DNA of 27,435 nt, taken from positions 1-27,435 of the forward strand of contig JAVZNE010000013.1 of the NCBI GenBank assembly GCA_038882975.1, read 5' to 3'. Numbering within the stretch: the first letter of the stretch is position 1; every line of letters begins with the position of its first letter. Made by a program: the position numbers and the translations under genes. Positions 25,882-27,435 of this stretch are shown in pieces. Below the pieces are notes generated by a model. It worked only from the letters and a program-made list of their open reading frames with translations, had not been told where the DNA came from and made no database searches. This DNA is from Candidatus Bathyarchaeia archaeon. Its GTDB lineage: Archaea; Thermoproteota; Bathyarchaeia; Bathyarchaeales; Bathycorpusculaceae.

Positions 25882-26922
25882 ATGCCGAAAGTTATAGAAT
25901 GGATCGGTGCAAGGGAGGAAGACATCGTTTGGAGATATCCTAACGAAGAGATAGCATGGGGAGACAACTTAATTGTCCACGAGTATGAGGCTGCAGTCTT
26001 CTTCAGGGATGGAAAAGCCTATGACGTTTTTAGGGCTGGACGCCACGTTTTGACAACGGCGAATCTTCCACTTCTAACAAAGGTGTTGTCAAAAATTGCC
26101 GGCTTTGACAAAGTTCCCTTCAGATGCACTATAATCTTCATTTCGCTTAAACAGTTTCAGGGAAGGTTTGGCGCCCAAAGCCAAACAAAGGAGCTTGCCC
26201 CAATAAAGTTCTTTGGCAGTTTCTGGTTTAGGGTTGAGGAGCCGAACCTCTTTGTCAACGAGGTGGTTGGAGGGCAAGGAGCCTTCACAACCGATAAGCT
26301 TCAAGGCTTTTTGAGAGGCTACTTTAATGAGAGGCTTATTGACACTTTAAGCCAGTATTCGCTTTCAGAGGTTTACGGCAAGCTTGACGAAACAAGCCTT
26401 GTGGCTAAAAACGCGCTCTTCGACGCCTTTTCAAGAATTGGTCTTGAGTTGATAGACGTCAAGTTTGAGGGAATTGACACAACGCCAGAATGGAGGGATA
26501 GGCTGTTCTACGTTAAAACTGGTGTTGCAGCCACAGAAGTTCTAAGGATGGAGACGGTTCAAAAATCGGCTGAAAGCCTATCCAAAAGCCCGGGAGCGGC
26601 GGTAGGGGCTGGGGCGGTGATCCTTCCACAAGTGCTTCAGCCAGCACCGGCGCCGGCACCAGCAGTACCCATGGTACTATGTCCAAAATGTAATTTCCAA
26701 AATCCGCAGACAGCCAAATTCTGTAGCAACTGTGGCGCGCCACTGCAAGTGGCGGCTGGGGGAGTTAACTGTCCTAAATGTGGAACAGCGAACCCTGCTG
26801 GAGCAAAGTTCTGCCTAAACTGCGGAAGCCCACTGCAGTCAATCGTTAAGTGTCCAAAATGTGGGAGCGAGATTCAAGCCGGAGCTAGGTTCTGTCCAAA
26901 CTGTGGAGAAAAACTCGCCTAG
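25882..26922 (+). CDS. SPFH/Band-7 (YdjI-like) domain protein with three C-terminal zinc ribbons
   Basis: LIVHEYEAAVFFRDGK...G.H.LTTANLPLL, then three CPKC-x10-FCxNCG repeats; GGAGGTGA SD. Confidence 0.92.
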   Translation: MPKVIEWIGAREEDIVWRYPNEEIAWGDNLIVHEYEAAVFFRDGKAYDVFRAGRHVLTTANLPLLTKVLSKIAGFDKVPFRCTIIFISLKQFQGRFGAQSQTKELAPIKFFGSFWFRVEEPNLFVNEVVGGQGAFTTDKLQGFLRGYFNERLIDTLSQYSLSEVYGKLDETSLVAKNALFDAFSRIGLELIDVKFEGIDTTPEWRDRLFYVKTGVAATEVLRMETVQKSAESLSKSPGAAVGAGAVILPQVLQPAPAPAPAVPMVLCPKCNFQNPQTAKFCSNCGAPLQVAAGGVNCPKCGTANPAGAKFCLNCGSPLQSIVKCPKCGSEIQAGARFCPNCGEKLA

Positions 26923-26925
26923 GCC

Positions 26926-26955
26926 TTTATTCCTCTCCCTTTCTTTAGTTCCTTT
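26926..26955 (+). terminator. Pyrimidine/T-rich tract after the SPFH gene; possible archaeal terminator
   Basis: TTTATTCCTCTCCCTTTTCTTTAGTTCCTTT directly after the stop codon. Confidence 0.4.
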
Positions 26956-27020
26956 AAAACTTAAAAGACGCCTTTTTTGAGGTTTAAGCCTTAATTAGCT
27001 GTAGCTGTTAAGGGTTAGTT

Positions 27021-27435
27021 ATGGGCGGCGGCCTTAAAGGTTTATGGCTAATCGTTTTAAGCGGCTATCCCGTTTCTGGCAAAACAATGCTTGCTAAGAG
27101 GCTTGTCGCCGACTACCCCTATCTGGCCAGAATAGGTGTTGACGAGGTGAGGCAGATGCTCTTTTATGAAGGTTTTCCATGCCGAGACGAATTTCTCGTT
27201 TATTCGCTTATTGCCGAAATGCGGGATGCTCTCCTAAAAAAGGGCTACAGCGTCGTTATAGACTCAACAGCCCCAGACAACGTGACCCGCGATTTCCTTT
27301 TAACATCGAAGGTTTCACCCGTCAACAGCCTACTCGTAGTTCTCAATGTTGAGAAGGAAATTTTGATGGAGAGGAGCATTGAGCGGTTCGGCACAACCCG
27401 CCCCATAGACGCTTACGATAAGCGCTGGGAAAACC
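27021..27435 (+). CDS. P-loop kinase (AAA_33/NMP-kinase-like), 3'-truncated; not in the ORF track
   Basis: Translated by hand as MGGGLKGLWLIVLSGYPVSGKTMLAKRL...GVDEVRQML...GYSVVIDST; open to the window end. Confidence 0.88.
   Translation, partial: MGGGLKGLWLIVLSGYPVSGKTMLAKRLVADYPYLARIGVDEVRQMLFYEGFPCRDEFLVYSLIAEMRDALLKKGYSVVIDSTAPDNVTRDFLLTSKVSPVNSLLVVLNVEKEILMERSIERFGTTRPIDAYDKRWEN

Noticed and set aside
26670-26915. Repeated TGTCCAAAATGT...TTCTG...AACTG sequence
   Set aside because: Explained by the three coding zinc-ribbon repeats; not an independent DNA repeat.

Overview
Archaeal chromosomal window, most consistent with Bathyarchaeia or another TACK lineage. This is inferred from an unsplit rpoB, a fused rpoA'/A'', a BHB-intron tRNA and a DUF5752-type protein. 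It carries housekeeping genes: an Lrp/AsnC regulator, trxA, nikR, nadA, trm14, tRNA-Leu(CAA) with a 34-nt intron, and rpoB-rpoA'A''-rpl30e-nusA. Other blocks are a NikR-divergent ECF-S-like/FmdE/DUF1893/thioredoxin cluster, an AT-rich islet of membrane and secreted proteins after nusA, and a membrane protein/helical protein/SPFH-zinc-ribbon operon. The most striking element is a translationally coupled three-gene operon (19186-22486, minus strand). It encodes a short (about 640 aa), apparently hinge-less SMC ATPase with Smc5/6-type head motifs, a divergent ScpA-like kleisin and a tandem winged-helix KITE-like protein, so it is a candidate complete archaeal Smc5/6-like complex. A nucleotidyltransferase/zinc-finger pair lies just upstream. 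Also notable are a NikR-type operator (GTAATA-N16-TAATAC) over the promoter of an uncharacterised ECF-S-like gene, an unannotated 44-aa membrane ORF, and the absence of rpoH and rps12/rps7 from their usual flanking positions. All family calls come from motif recognition by eye; no database searches were run.
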